Origin: Lama glama
Taxonomy: Eukaryota
Assembly: GCA_028534125.1 (NCBI GenBank)
Contig: CM052816.1
Span: 36,148,001-36,212,000 of the forward strand
Length of the DNA: 64,000 nucleotides
Direction: 5' to 3'
Shown here one piece after another: positions 12,630 to 25,299 of this stretch. The position numbers and the translations under genes were made by a program. Below the pieces are notes generated by a model. That model saw only the letters and a list, made by a program, of their open reading frames with translations, did not search any database and was not told where the DNA came from. Numbering within the stretch: position 1 is the stretch's first letter; every line of letters begins with the position of its first letter.

Positions 12630-13805
12630 AAAATAATCCCACATACTATTGCATCAAAAAAACAAATACCTAGGAATAAACTTTACCACTTGGGTGAAAG
12701 ACATGTACAGTACAAACTGTAAGACACTGATGAAAAAAACTGAAGAAGACACAAATAAATGGAAAGATATTCTGTCCTCATGGATTAGAAGAATTAATAT
12801 TGTTAAAATGTCCACAATACCCAAAGCAAGCTGCAGATTCAATGCAACCACTATCAAAATACCAAAGGCGTTTTTCAGAGAACTTGAACACATAATCCTA
12901 AAATTTATATGGAACCACAGAAGACCCTCAATAGCAAAGCAATCCTGAGACAGATAAACAAAGCTGGAAGCATCACAAACTCTAACTTCAAACTTTATTA
13001 CAAAGGTATAGTAATCAAAATAGTATGTTATTATCATAAAAATGGACACACAGATCAGTGGAACAGAATAGAGAGCCCAGAAGTAAACACATTCATATAT
13101 GGACAATTAATTTACAGACAAAGCAGCCCAGAATAAACAGTGGGGAAAAGACAGTCTCCTCAATAAAAGCAAAAATAAGTAGTGCTACATCAAACTAAAA
13201 TTTCAACAAAGGAAACCATCCTAGAAAAGTACCCTACCAAATAGGAGACGTTTGCAAATCATGTATCTGATAAGTAGTTAATATCGAAAAAAAATATGTG
13301 AAGAACTAGTGTAAGTTTATAACAAAAAAAATCAAACAATCCAGTTAGAAAATGGATGAGAGTCTGAATATTTTTTGAAAGAAGACATACATATGGCTAA
13401 CAGATATGTGAAAAGCTGCTCAACATCATCTGACCATAAGGAAAATGCTAATCAAAAACTATAATGAGATATCACCTCATACCTGTTAGAATGGCTCTTA
13501 TCAAACAGAGAAGAAATAATACTGTTGGTGAGGATTTGGAGAAAATGGAACACTGTGACTGTTGGTGGGAATGTAAATTGGTGTAGCCACTATGGAAATG
13601 CGTATGGAAGTTTCTTAAAGAATACAAAATAGAACTACAGTATGATCCAGTATTTAGAATTCTGGGTATTTATCCAAAGAAAATAAATACACTAATTCAA
13701 AAAGATATATGCACTCCCATGTTCACTGCAACATTATTTATAAAAGCCAAGACATGGAAGCCAACCAAATGTCCAATGGATGAAAGGATAAAGAGGATGT
13801 GGTAC
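12630..13805 (+). mobile_element. L1 ORF2 3' region, host element left half
   Basis: Track ORFs 12649-12948 ([17 protein letters not shown]), 12909-13136 ([10 protein letters not shown]) and 13719- (MFTATLFIKAKTWK); breaks at gatgtggtac. Confidence 0.9.
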
Positions 13806-16800
13806 AGGAGAGAGGAATGGGCAAGAAAGTGGAGTAGGAAGACCCTAAGCTCACCTCATCCCATAGGCACCAAAATTACAACTATTTACAGAAAAACCAT
13901 TGATGAGGAAGACTGGTAGATTAACATAAAAGATTTTCTACAACTAAGGGTATGTATACAAGGAACCAAAATGAAATGGTAGAAGGTTAGGAGGGGTAGA
14001 AACACAATATTGCCAAGATCCATACCTCCAGGAGTCCTACCCACAAAAGGGAGGATAATTATAATTACAATTGCAGTGTTTCTCCCCAAAGAATGAAGGG
14101 TCCAAACACCACATCAACTCCCCAGCCTTGGGGGTAATGCATTAGGAAGAAGAGCCCCCAGAACATTTGGCTTTGAAGGCCTGTGGGCCTTACTTTCAGA
14201 ACCAGAGGGCTGTGTGAAATAGACTCCACTCATAAAGAGCACACACAAAATCTCACACACTCCAGGACACAGGACAGAAGTATTCATCTGAAAGGAGCCT
14301 GGATCAGCCACACCTGCTGATCTTGGAGGGTCTCCTAGACAGGCAGGCGGCAAGTGGAACTCACTCTGGGGACACAGACATTGGCAGCAGCCATTTTTGG
14401 GAGTTTGTTCCACCATGAGGACACTAATGCCGACAAGTGCCATTTTGAAATTCTCCTTCCAGCATATTACCCACAGGACCTGGCCCTGCCCACCAGCCTG
14501 ACAAGAGCAATTCTGGGATGCCTTAGGCCAAGCAGCTAGCTCACCAGGGACACAGCTCTACCCACCAACAGGCTTGCTGCCTTAAGATCAACTGAGCCCA
14601 TAGCCACCCCATGAACTGGTCCTAACAGGCAGAGGACCTGTTCACCAGTGGGCCAACACCAACTCTGAGACCCCCAGAACCCTGCAGCCAGAAACCCTGG
14701 GACACAGCTTTGTCTGCCACCGGGCTGGTACTAGCCCCAGGACCTGGCCTCACATACTAGTGGTCAGAAACCAGACGCAGAACCACCACAACCCTGTAGC
14801 CTGCCATGTGAGGACCCAGCCCCACCCACCTCCCTAGCTCTGGGACACTTTGGGCCTGTCAGCCAGCTGACCCAGGGTCTGGCTTCACTCATCCCACACT
14901 GACACTAGCTTCAGGACACCTGAGACCATGCAGCCAGCCATGTCAGGAAACAGCCCCACCCACCAGTATACTAGACTACACTAGAACAAGGACCCTGGCC
15001 CTACAACCTGCCAACCCAGAACATTGTTTTGCCCACCAGTGGGACAGCACTAGCCCCAGGATCCCTCAGGGTATTTGTAGCCAGCCACCTCATTACACAG
15101 CCCTGACTACCAACAGCAGGTAGCATCCACACAAGGCAAGGTCTGTCAACCAATCAGACTAGGGGCTAGCCATGCTTAACAGACTACCCAAAGTAATCAG
15201 CTCAGTTCAACAGAAGGACCTAAGCAGTCACAGAGAGAGTTCCCCTGGAGCATATATTTCTGGTGACCAGGGCTGAGAATGCTGCTGGATTACATTAACA
15301 GATGTAAAGGGAGAAATTGACAGTAACACAATAATAGTAGGGGGACTTAAACACCCCATTTATATCAAAGGATAGATCATATAGACAGAAAACCAATAAT
15401 GAAACACTGGCCTTAAATGAACTTATATATATGCATAACATATATATAGACACACACACATATATGTAACATTCTATTCAAAAGCAGCAGAATACATTGT
15501 ATTTTTCAGTGCACCTAGAACACTGTCCAGAATAGATTACATGCTAGGCCACAAAACAAGTCCCACTAAAGTTAAGAAAACTGAAATCCTATCAAGCTTA
15601 TTTTCTGACCAGAATGCTGAGACTAGAAATCAACTATAAAGGGAAAAAAAATGCAAAAAATACAACTACATTTGGCTAAACAATATGTTACTAAACAACC
15701 AATGGGTAACTGAAGATATCAAAGAAGAAATAAAAAAATATCTGGAGCCAAATGACAGTGAAAACCATAATAATCTAACATCTATGGGATACAGCAAAAG
15801 CAGTTCTGAGACGGAAGTTTATAGTGATACAATCTTACCTTAGGAAACAAGAAAAATTTCAAACAACTTAAACTTACACCTAAATAAGTAAGAAAAATAA
15901 CAACAGCAAAACAACCCAAAGTTAGTAGAAGAAAAAAAAATTTTTAATGAGTACAAATAAAGACTGAAATAAATAGAAAAGATCAGTGAATATAAGAGCT
16001 GATTCTTTAAAAAAATAAACGAAATTTATAAAACTTTAGGCAGACTCATCAAGAAAAAAATGAGAGGACCTCAATCAATAAAATCAGAAATGGAAAAGAA
16101 TTTACAACCAACACCACAGAAATACAAAGGATTGAAAGAAATTACTATGAACAGCTGTACACATAAAAAAATGGACAACCTAAGAGAAATGGACAAATTC
16201 CTAGGAAAGTACAACCTCCCATGACTGAAACAGGAATAAATAGCAAATATCAACAGACCAATTACCAGTAATGAAATTGAATCAGTAATTTAAAAATAAC
16301 TGCCAAATGTCCAAGACCAGATGGCTTCACAGGGAAATCCTACCAAATATTTAGAGTAGAGTTAACACCCATATTTCTCAAACTATTCAAAAAACCTGCA
16401 CAGGAAGGAACACTTCTCAACTTGTGCTACAAAGCCAGCAAAACCCTATAGCAAAATCAGACAAAGCTATTACACACAAAAAAATTATACGCTAGTATCA
16501 CTGATGAACAAAGATGTAAAAAAACCTCAATAAAATATTAACAAACTGAATTCAACAATATATTAAAAGGATCATACAACATGATCAAGTGGGGTTTATC
16601 CCTGAGATGCAAAGCTCGTTCAATACCAGCAAAATCAATGTGATACACATTAACTGAAGAATAAAAATCATGAGTATCTTAAAAGATGCAGAAAAAACTT
16701 CTGAGAAAATTTAACATCCATTTATGACTAAAAAAAAAAAAAAACTCCACAAAGTGGATATAGAGTGAATATACATCAACATAACAAGGGCTATATATGA

Positions 16801-18554
16801 CAAACCCACAGCTTACATCAATCTGAAAGTACTCCCTCTAAGATCAGAAACAAGACAAGGATACTCACCTTTGCCACTTTCATTCAACATAGTAGTCGAA
16901 GTCCTAGCCACAGCTAGACTTTTTCAGACAAGAAAAATAAATAAAAGGCTTTCAAATTGGAAAAGGGGAAGTAAAACTGTCATTGTTTGCTGATGACATA
17001 ATATTATACATAGAAAATCCTAGATGCCACCAAAAACTACTATAGCTTCATTGATGAATTTGGTAAAACTGGGAAATAAAAAAAATTAATGTACAGAAAT
17101 CTTTTGCATTTCTATACACTAACAATGAACTATCAGCAAAAGAAATTAAGAAAACAGTTCGATTTATCATCACATCAAAAAGAATAAAACACCTAGGAAT
17201 AAATCTAACTATAAAGGTAAATGACCCACACTTGGAAAACTGTAAGATACTGATGAAAGAAACTGAGGATAATAGAAACAGATGGAAAAATAGACCTTGT
17301 TTCTGGATTAGAAAAATATTGTTAAAATGACCATGCTACCCAAGGCAATCTACAGATTCAAGGCAAGCCCTATTAAAATATGAATTGACATTTTTTCACA
17401 GAACTAGAGCAAATAACTCTTAACATTTGTAATGGAACACAAAAGACCCTGAATAGACAAAACTATCTTGAGAAAGTACAACATAGCTGGAGGTATCATG
17501 CACCCTGACTTCAGACTATACTACACAGCTACAGTTATCAAAACAGTATGATACTGGCACAAAAAATACAGACACAGAGATCAGTGGAAAAAAATAGCTC
17601 AGAAATAACTCATGCACTTATGGTCAATTAATCTAAAAACAAGGAAGGCAAGATTATACAATGAGTTAAAAACAGTCTCAATTAGTGGTGCTGGGAAAAC
17701 TGGACAGCTATATGTAATGAAATGAAATACAACATTTTCTCATACCATATACAAAAAGAAACTCAAAATGCTTTAAAGACCTAAATGTAAGACTGGAAAC
17801 CATAAAACTCCTAGAAGAAAACATAGGCAGAAACCTCTTTTATAAATCACAGAAACTTATTTTGGCTATGTCTCCTAAGGCAAAAGAAAAAAGCAAAAAT
17901 AAACAAATGGGACCAACTGAAACTTTAAACCTTTTGTACAGCAAAGGAAACCAGTGACAAAAGAAAAAGACAACCTACTGAATGGGAGAAGATACTAGCA
18001 AATGATATGACTCATAAGGGGTTAATATTCAAATATATGAACAGCTCATGCAACTCAATGTCAAAAATAAAAAAAAACCCAATTAATAAAGGAGCAGAAG
18101 ACCTGAATAGACATTTTTTCCAAAGAGAACATACAGATGGCCAACAGACAAATGAAAAGATGCTCAACATCATTAATCATCAGGGAAATGCAAATCAAAA
18201 CCACAATGCTGTATCACCTCACACCTATCAGAATGACTAGCATTAAAGAGTCTACAAATAATAAATGCTGGAGAGGGTGTGGACAACACAGAACCCTCCT
18301 ACACTGTTGGTGTGAATGTAGTTTGGTGCAGTCACTATGGAAAATAGTATGGAGATTCCTTAAAAACTAACAATAGATTTACCATATGATCTAGCAGTCC
18401 TACTCCAAGGCATATATCCAGAGAAAACTCTAATTTGAAAAGATACATGCACCCCAATGTTCATAGCAGCACTATGCACAATAGCTAAGACATGGAAGCA
18501 ACCTAAAAGTCCACTAACAGATAAATGTATGCAGAAGTTATGGTATGTATGTGT

Positions 18555-18600
<46 letters not shown>

Positions 18601-19921
18601 CATACAAAATGGAATATTAACCATAAAAAGAATGCAATATTAGCCATAGAAAGAATGAAATAATGCCATCTATGACAATATGGATGGACCTAGAGGGTGT
18701 TCTACTTAGTAAAATAAATTACACAGAGGAAGAACATTATCATATGATTTCACTTATATGTGAATCTAAAAACACAATAATATCACTTACATGTTGGTGA
18801 GGATGTGAAGAAAAGGGAACTCCTGTACACTGCTGGTGGGAATGTAAATTGGTGCAGCCACTGTGGAAAACAGTGTAGAGTTTTCTTAAACTAAAAACAC
18901 AACTACCATACGATCCAGCATTTCCACTCCTGAGTACATAGCTAAAGAAAATAAACACTAATTTTAAAAGATACATGCATCTCAATGTTCATAGCAGCAT
19001 TATTTATGATAGCCAAGATGTGGAAGCAATCTCTCCATCAACTAACTATATATGTGTGTGTATTTGTATGCCTGTATATACATATATGTAATACAACATT
19101 ACTTGGCCATAAAAAAAGAATGAAATCTTGTCATCTGTGACAACATGGATGGACCTAGAGGGTATTATACTAAGTAAAATAAGTTACACAGAAAAGAAAA
19201 TTATATTTCACTTATATGTGGAATTTAAAAAAAAGAAATGGAATAATCATATCAAAACAGAAACAGGGTTATAGATAGAGAATAAAGAGATGGTTGTCAA
19301 ATAGGAGGGAAGTGGGGGTGTAGGGAGGAAACAGGTGAGGAAGATTGAGGTGCAAACTTCTAGTTGCAACATGAGTCACGGGTATAAAATGTACAGTGTG
19401 GGGAATATAGTCAATAACTATGTAATTTTCCTGTGGTGACATATTGTAACTAGACTTACCCTGTTGATCAATCTGAAATGTACAGAAATACAGAATCACT
19501 ATGCTGTGTAACAGGAACTAACAGTGTTGCAGGCCAATTATACTTCAAAAACAAACTCACAGAAAAAGAGATCAGATTTGTGGTTACCTGAGGTGGGGAA
19601 TGGTGGGAGGGGGAACCGGATAAGGCAGTCAAAAAGTACAAACTTTCAATTATAAGGTAAGTATGTACTAGGGATGTAACTACAACATGATGATCATTAG
19701 CACTGCTGTATGCTATACATCCAAGTTGTTAATAGTAAACTCTAAGAGAGCTCATCACAGGGAATTTTCCTTCTATTTCTTTAATTTTGTACATACATGG
19801 AAGGATATTCACTACAGTTGTAATGATCATTACAGGTTATATGTAAATCAAATTATGCTGTACATCTTAAACTTATACAGTGCTGTGTCTCAATTACATC
19901 TCAATAAAACTGGGAGAAAAG
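13806..19921 (+). mobile_element. ~6.1 kb L1 insert: 5'UTR, no ORF1, decayed ORF2, composite 3' end
   Basis: L1 5' start ggagtaggaagaccctaagctcacctc. ORF2 sequence runs from ~15290 and includes the C-terminal [15 protein letters not shown] motif (ORF 18137-18370). The 3'UTR ends tcaataaaactgggagaaaa. Confidence 0.88.
18543..18598. repeat. (TG)n microsatellite
   Basis: gtatgtatgtgtgtgtat followed by a long pure TG run. Confidence 0.97.
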
Positions 19922-20280
19922 AAAATAGATGTGGTATACGTACAATAGAATATTATTCAGCCATAAACAGAAAAATTCTGCTGTTTGTGACAACATGGAT
20001 GGACCATGAAGGCATTATGCTAAGTGAAATACATCAGACAGGCAAAGGCAAATACTGTATGATCTCACTTATATGTGGAATCTACAATAAACAAACAAAT
20101 AAATCAAACTCATAGATAAAGAGCACAAACTGGTTATTGTCAGAGGTGGAGTGGGAGGGTGAGGGAGTGAGGAAATGGGTGAAAATGGTGAAAAGGGACA
20201 AACTTCCAGGTATAAATTAAGATCTAGAGATGTAATGGACAGCAAGGTATCATAGTTAATAATACTGACTTGTACACTAG
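19922..20280 (+). mobile_element. L1 host element right half (ORF2 end and 3'UTR)
   Basis: Resumes at gatgtggtatac...gaatattattcagccataaa, the L1 position where 13805 broke off. Confidence 0.85.
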
Positions 20281-20811
20281 GGAAAAAAAGAAACACAATA
20301 TGTAGCAAACATGTAGATGTTCAGCTCAGGTAATCACAATTCTTAATTATGGTGATCCTGTTCTCACACAGCTTTTCCAAATTCTTACTAATGTGTCTTA
20401 ATAGCTAACATACGGAATACCCTTAAAATCTGAAGTAAAAAAAGCTACCTAATAAGACTGATACTAAAGCAATAACTTAATGCTTTGGTTTCATAATATT
20501 TACAACACTGCAATTAATACTTTCTCAAATGAACCTCATAACGTTCAGATTCAACTCAGAATCCCACTTTACAAAGTTAAATAATTTGAATATTCAAAAT
20601 GCCAATTTGCCCATGGTCCCATGGCTAATAAATGGGAAAATTAAATTACCTTTTGATTATTTTCTCACCAAGACATCCTCATCATAGATAGCTTTAGTGC
20701 ACTCCTTCCTCTGTCCAGTTTTCTGTTCCACGCTCATGTCAGTTGATATTCCCTGGGCTCCTAATTTGTACCGGGCACTGGGACAGGAAAGGATGTGAAA
20801 AAGAATGGCAT

Positions 20812-21347
20812 ACCGTCTAGCTAATCTGGGTTCCTCAGAAACGGCTTTACTTCCTTATATGCCATTTTTTGAGGGGCCATGACCCCTGGAATTAGGATGA
20901 AGGACGGCGCAGTTAAGCAGGGAAGGAGGGAGAGAAACACAACTAAGTATTACCGAGTTCACCAACACGAAGTGGAACTGATCCCTCAGAACCGCCCTTT
21001 CAAAACTTTGGTAATGTTTATTTCAGACGTTGCATGGACGGGTTTAGAAGCCGTGGAGAAAAGGGGACAAATTCATCTACCAGCTTCTATGTCTTTGGTC
21101 GTAGGTTTGTGCCTTGGGTGCTAAGTTTGTTACACTAGGTGTTGCCCATACGTGAACACCTAGGGGGTCCACCTTTTCCCTGTGAAACCGCGGATGCCTA
21201 GGGTTGGGGGGAGGAGAGGGCCCATAGTGTGGGCAGAAAAAACGTACTGCCGGGTGGTGCCGGCAGAACGTCCAGATTCCCCCAGTGGGATGACGGAATG
21301 AGAGTCAGGGTAGGCAAGGGAGGTGGTACATGAAAGGAATCTTGACA
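20812..21347 (-). mobile_element. ERVL-family solo LTR (LTR41/LTR16-like)
   Basis: gtctagctaatctgggttcctcagaa start, cagggaaggagggagag...attaccgagtt middle and ggtggtacatgaaagg...gaca end resemble the reverse complement of LTR41. Confidence 0.55.
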
Positions 21348-21461
21348 AAACTCAACGTGAAAGTTTTAACACTCACCATCTGGGTTTCCAGCCCTCACGG
21401 TGGTGAGCAGGAATCTTCACACAGGCATCTCTCAGTATCTCTCACCTTACAGGTTTCCAAA

Positions 21462-21469
21462 CCGGAAGT
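21462..21469 (+). promoter_or_regulatory. Perfect ETS/GABPA motif CCGGAAGT
   Basis: Exact motif at the edge of a CpG-retaining region; function is inferred only. Confidence 0.35.
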
Positions 21470-21714
21470 CCTGCCTCTCCCTCCTTAAAGTCAACTCTCC
21501 TCTAAAACAGTGAAAAGAGATTTATCTTCACTATGATAGAGATAATTTCATGCTTTCAATTAAATAGCCATGAGACAGATAAAAGAAAACGGGATATACA
21601 ATGAGCATGGCTCAGGGAACAAAATTTAAGTCTAATTCACTCAGTTAACATTGAGAACTAACCTTAGGATTGTGTTACTAGCTGCTCCAATGCAAACACT
21701 ATCAGTCCTTGCCC

Positions 21715-21890
21715 AGGAGAAAGTACCTTGACTGCACTTGGAATTCACCTGGGGAGCGTGAACAAGATTGCTGACCCAGGTGCCACCACTAGAGACTCTG
21801 ATTTAATTGGACTGGTTTATACGTTGGGCATTAGGATTTTAAAAGCTCCCATGTGATTCTTCTGTGCAGGCAAGGTGTTTCAACCTGTGA
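21715..21890. mobile_element. MER5A hAT-Charlie
   Basis: ccttgactgcacttggaattcacctggggagc...agactctgatttaattgg...aaaagctcccatgtgattct. Confidence 0.8.
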
Positions 21891-21914
21891 TGTAATTCAG
21901 GTTTCAATCTAGCC

Positions 21915-22085
21915 TAGAGAATGTTAAACTTTAGCGCATAAGAGTCATCTAGGGAATTTTCTAGCATGCTGATTCCCAGATCCATGGGCAGGTTTATGGC
22001 TTACAGTCAGAAATCTGCATAGTTAATAAGCGCCCAATGAGACTCACGTGTAGAGGGCTTAGACCTCACTTTGAGAAACATTTCC
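21915..22085. mobile_element. MER5-family (MER5B/MER5A1-like) element
   Basis: aaactttagcgcataagagtcatctaggg...aaatctgcat...cactttgagaaaca. Confidence 0.7.
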
Positions 22086-22239
22086 AGTCTTAAAAGGGTA
22101 ATGGCAAGAGTGAAAAGACTTCAGAGGAGAACACAAAGGTTGTTCCTCAGTTGAAAAAAAGTATGAGGAAATATTAAGATTATTTATTCTGATGACAGGG
22201 CCAAAGGAGGATTTAAAAAATGGAAGCTAGAGATGGTTC

Positions 22240-22545
22240 CTCCTGGAGGGGAATATGCTGTATGGTGAACAGCTGTTCTTTATCTCCTCCAGGGTAGGTG
22301 AGGAGCAACAGCCTTTAAAGTGTAGCGTGTGGGCTTTCGGTTATATGCAAGGAAGGAACTCCTGGCAGTAGGAGTTGTTAAGCACTGATTTAGGTTATTA
22401 AAGAAGGCTGTGAAATTTTTTTCTCTGGAGGTTTTCAAAACCAGTATAGATTCACATCTATCTGCGCTGGCTAAGGTATTATCCTGCTCAAAGGCAGAGG
22501 GAAGAGAACAGATAACTTTAAGTTCCTGAATGGCTTATGATGTGG
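22240..22545 (+). mobile_element. CR1/L3 LINE 3' end
   Basis: ggttatatgcaaggaaggaactcctggcagtaggagttgttaagcactg...ggctgtgaaa...ctggaggttttcaaaa matches the L3 3' region. Confidence 0.75.
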
Positions 22546-22584
22546 ATTTGTAACTAACAGCAACAGCAGTTAAATGTGAGTGTG

Positions 22585-25000
22585 GAGGGACTTTCAGAAT
22601 GGCAGTGAGGAGCCTGGCAGACCCTTTTCCCAGCAAGACAACCATTTAACTGATGAGGATTATATTTATATATATATATATTTAATAAATATATTTATAT
22701 GAAATTATAGCTCCAGAAACTGTCCTAAGGCCATACAGCAAACAGAGAAACATTAATTCAAGAAAATCTACTCAATTGCAGTGAGAACAGTCAGCGTCCC
22801 TGGCATTTGAGCCACAGCCCCCTTCTCTTTCCTCTCAGCTGTGTTTGGGAAACTTTTTTCTGGGAGTTCTACTCTGGGTGCAGCCAAGAAGACTAGAGGG
22901 TGTGGGAGTGGAGGGGAGGGGACTGGCTTTTCCCCGAGCTCCCAGTCCAGGGCTATGTTTTCCCTTTGCAAGGGCTCAGGCTTGCAGGTGCTTATCAATC
23001 CCCCTTTCCTACTCATATTACTGAACCTCTATTTAGGGCAGGTGTGGCTGAAAGCACTGAGGTTCCCATCCCCTCACCAGCCCTTTACAGGGCAGAGACT
23101 CTACCCGTGTGGCAGTCTGAGAATACTGGGGCTCCAACTGCCCCTGCCCTGGCAGTGTGGATGCTCCACACTGGAGGGCAGGGGCGGGCAAGCTGAGAAG
23201 ACAAGGGGCTACTAACCCCAACTCCAGCACCCACTTGTAGAGCAGGGGTGTCACTAGGGAGAGACAGACCACTGCCTCAGCTCCTGTGTCACAGTGGAGA
23301 GGTTCTGCTCAGGGAGAGAGGAAAGTTGTAAACAGCTCTGTTAGAGGGGGCTGACTATATTTGGAACAGAGCTTGCAGAATTCCAGGCCTAAGGGTATTT
23401 TTGAAAACAATGGAGACCTTGGTGGAGTGCAATTAAGAGGGTTTGGTAGCTCCATGATACTGGTAGCAGCAAGTGAAATAGCAGAACAGCCAAAAGTTTA
23501 AGAGAGAGAACCACAGAAAGAGACAGCCAAGAATAACTCCTGGAGTCACAGTCAACCCTGTGAGGAGGAAGGGCTGTGCCCATCTACCAGGTACTTACTC
23601 AGAAAGAATCCAGGAATTGGGCTGATTTGAAATCATTCCCCAAGTTGCACACAGATTCCCGAACACAGGGTAGAAGCCTTACTGGCACAAGGGATTTAAG
23701 CACAACCTCTTGACAAAACACTGGCTGAACAGTAAACTGCTCTAGCCCAGGGCCAAACCCTAGGAAGCCAGGCTTAAAAATAAAATTATGTGCATCCCTG
23801 GCAGTTGGAGAGACTGAGTACATGCCCCAAACTGTACCCTCTCGGGAGAGGTTGAAGAGGGAACTTCCAAGCTACTAGTCTCTGGCTGATGGTGAGGCAA
23901 AAACTTAAACTCCCTGAATTGTGATGGCAGTCTCCAAGCCACATAGACATCCAGTGGTAATGGGTAAAGTCTAACTGACCATGGAGGCTTAAAACAACTT
24001 TTGACCCGTAAGTAGACTCAGGAACAACCCCCCAAAAAGCCAGGGTAAACAATAAAAACAAGGGGAAAATAATCTGAGCAGAGACATCAGAGACTGCACA
24101 TTACAGGGGAAGTAGACTTAACAGTTCAACAAAGTCATCAAACAAATAAACAAATGCTCAAACAACAGCAGCAGCAACTCCTCAGAGGATATCAATATTC
24201 ACAGTTGCTACAATATATTATCTAAAATGCCCAGTTTACGATGAAAAGTTACAAGATGTGTTCAGAAACAGGAAAGTGTGACACATACACAGGAAAAGCG
24301 GCAGGTAATAGCAACCGCCTCTGAGGGGCCAAGATACTGGACTTAGCAGACACAGACTCCAAAGCATCTATTAAAAATATGTTCAAAGGACTGGAGGAAA
24401 CCATGTCTAAATAATTAAGGGAAAGGATGACAATGTCTTAGCAAATGGAGAATATCAATGAAAAGACTAAAAGTTTGAAGAGAATCAAATTCTGAAGTGG
24501 AAAAGTACTATAACCAAAACGAAAAACTTACTAAGAAGGACTCAAAAGTCGGTTTGAGTTGGCAAAAGAAAAAAATCAGTAAGCCTGAAGTTAGATCAAC
24601 AGTGAGGACATAATCCAAAGGACAGAGAGAAAAAAGACATAGACAGAGCCTTCTAGAAATGTGAGACGCCATACACGTATGTGTAAAGGGAGTACCCAGA
24701 GGAGGAGGGGAGAGAGAAATCGGCAGAAGATACATCTGTTGAGCTTTCTGGTCATGTAATACTTTTATCAAATTTGGAAGTTTTAGCCATTATTTTTTCA
24801 AACTCTGAGTTGGATACCGCAGAGAGATCCATACCTCGATACATCATAATCAAAATGTCTAAAGCCAAAGATAAAGGGAGAATCTTGAAAGCAGTAAAAG
24901 AAAAATGAATCATCACATACAAGGGAACTTTAAGAAGATTAATAAGCAACTTCTCATCAGGAACAATGGCAGCCAGAAGGCGGGGGGACAACATACTGAC
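22585..25000 (+). mobile_element. Old L1 (L1MD/L1M4-like) 5'UTR and ORF1 remnant
   Basis: 5' end gggactttcagaatggcagtgaggagc. ORF1 remnants acatcataatcaaaatgtc...gaatcttgaaagcag, cttctcatcaggaacaatggcagccagaaggc. Confidence 0.8.
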
Positions 25001-25299
25001 AATGTGTGTGTGCAGCAGGGACTGGAACTTGTGGACCCTATGCCTTAGTGACTTCTCATCACACATTGTCTTTTCTCTCTCTGTCCTGCATGATTTCCTC
25101 ATTATTCCCTGCATTATCTCCTGATGGTTTCTGAATTCCTGTGTGGAAAAGTTTATTATTTTAATTAGTACAAATTTATTGAAGTTTTTAGAAGTAGTCC
25201 TAGACCTTCCAGACTCTCTAGGACTAAGACATATCTTTGATTCTAGTTTTAGGTTGTGAGGACAGAGGCCTTTGTCTTGCACATTTGTTGTTATTTGCT

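Noticed and set aside
22661..22700. AT-only quasi-palindrome
   Set aside because: Low-complexity (TA)n expansion inside an L1 5'UTR.
22768..24061. Cluster of 60-124 aa ORFs
   Set aside because: Lies within the old L1 5'UTR and shows no protein motifs.
24752..25282. 176-aa minus-strand ORF
   Set aside because: Chimera of unique DNA, antisense L1 ORF1 and the inverted L1 block.
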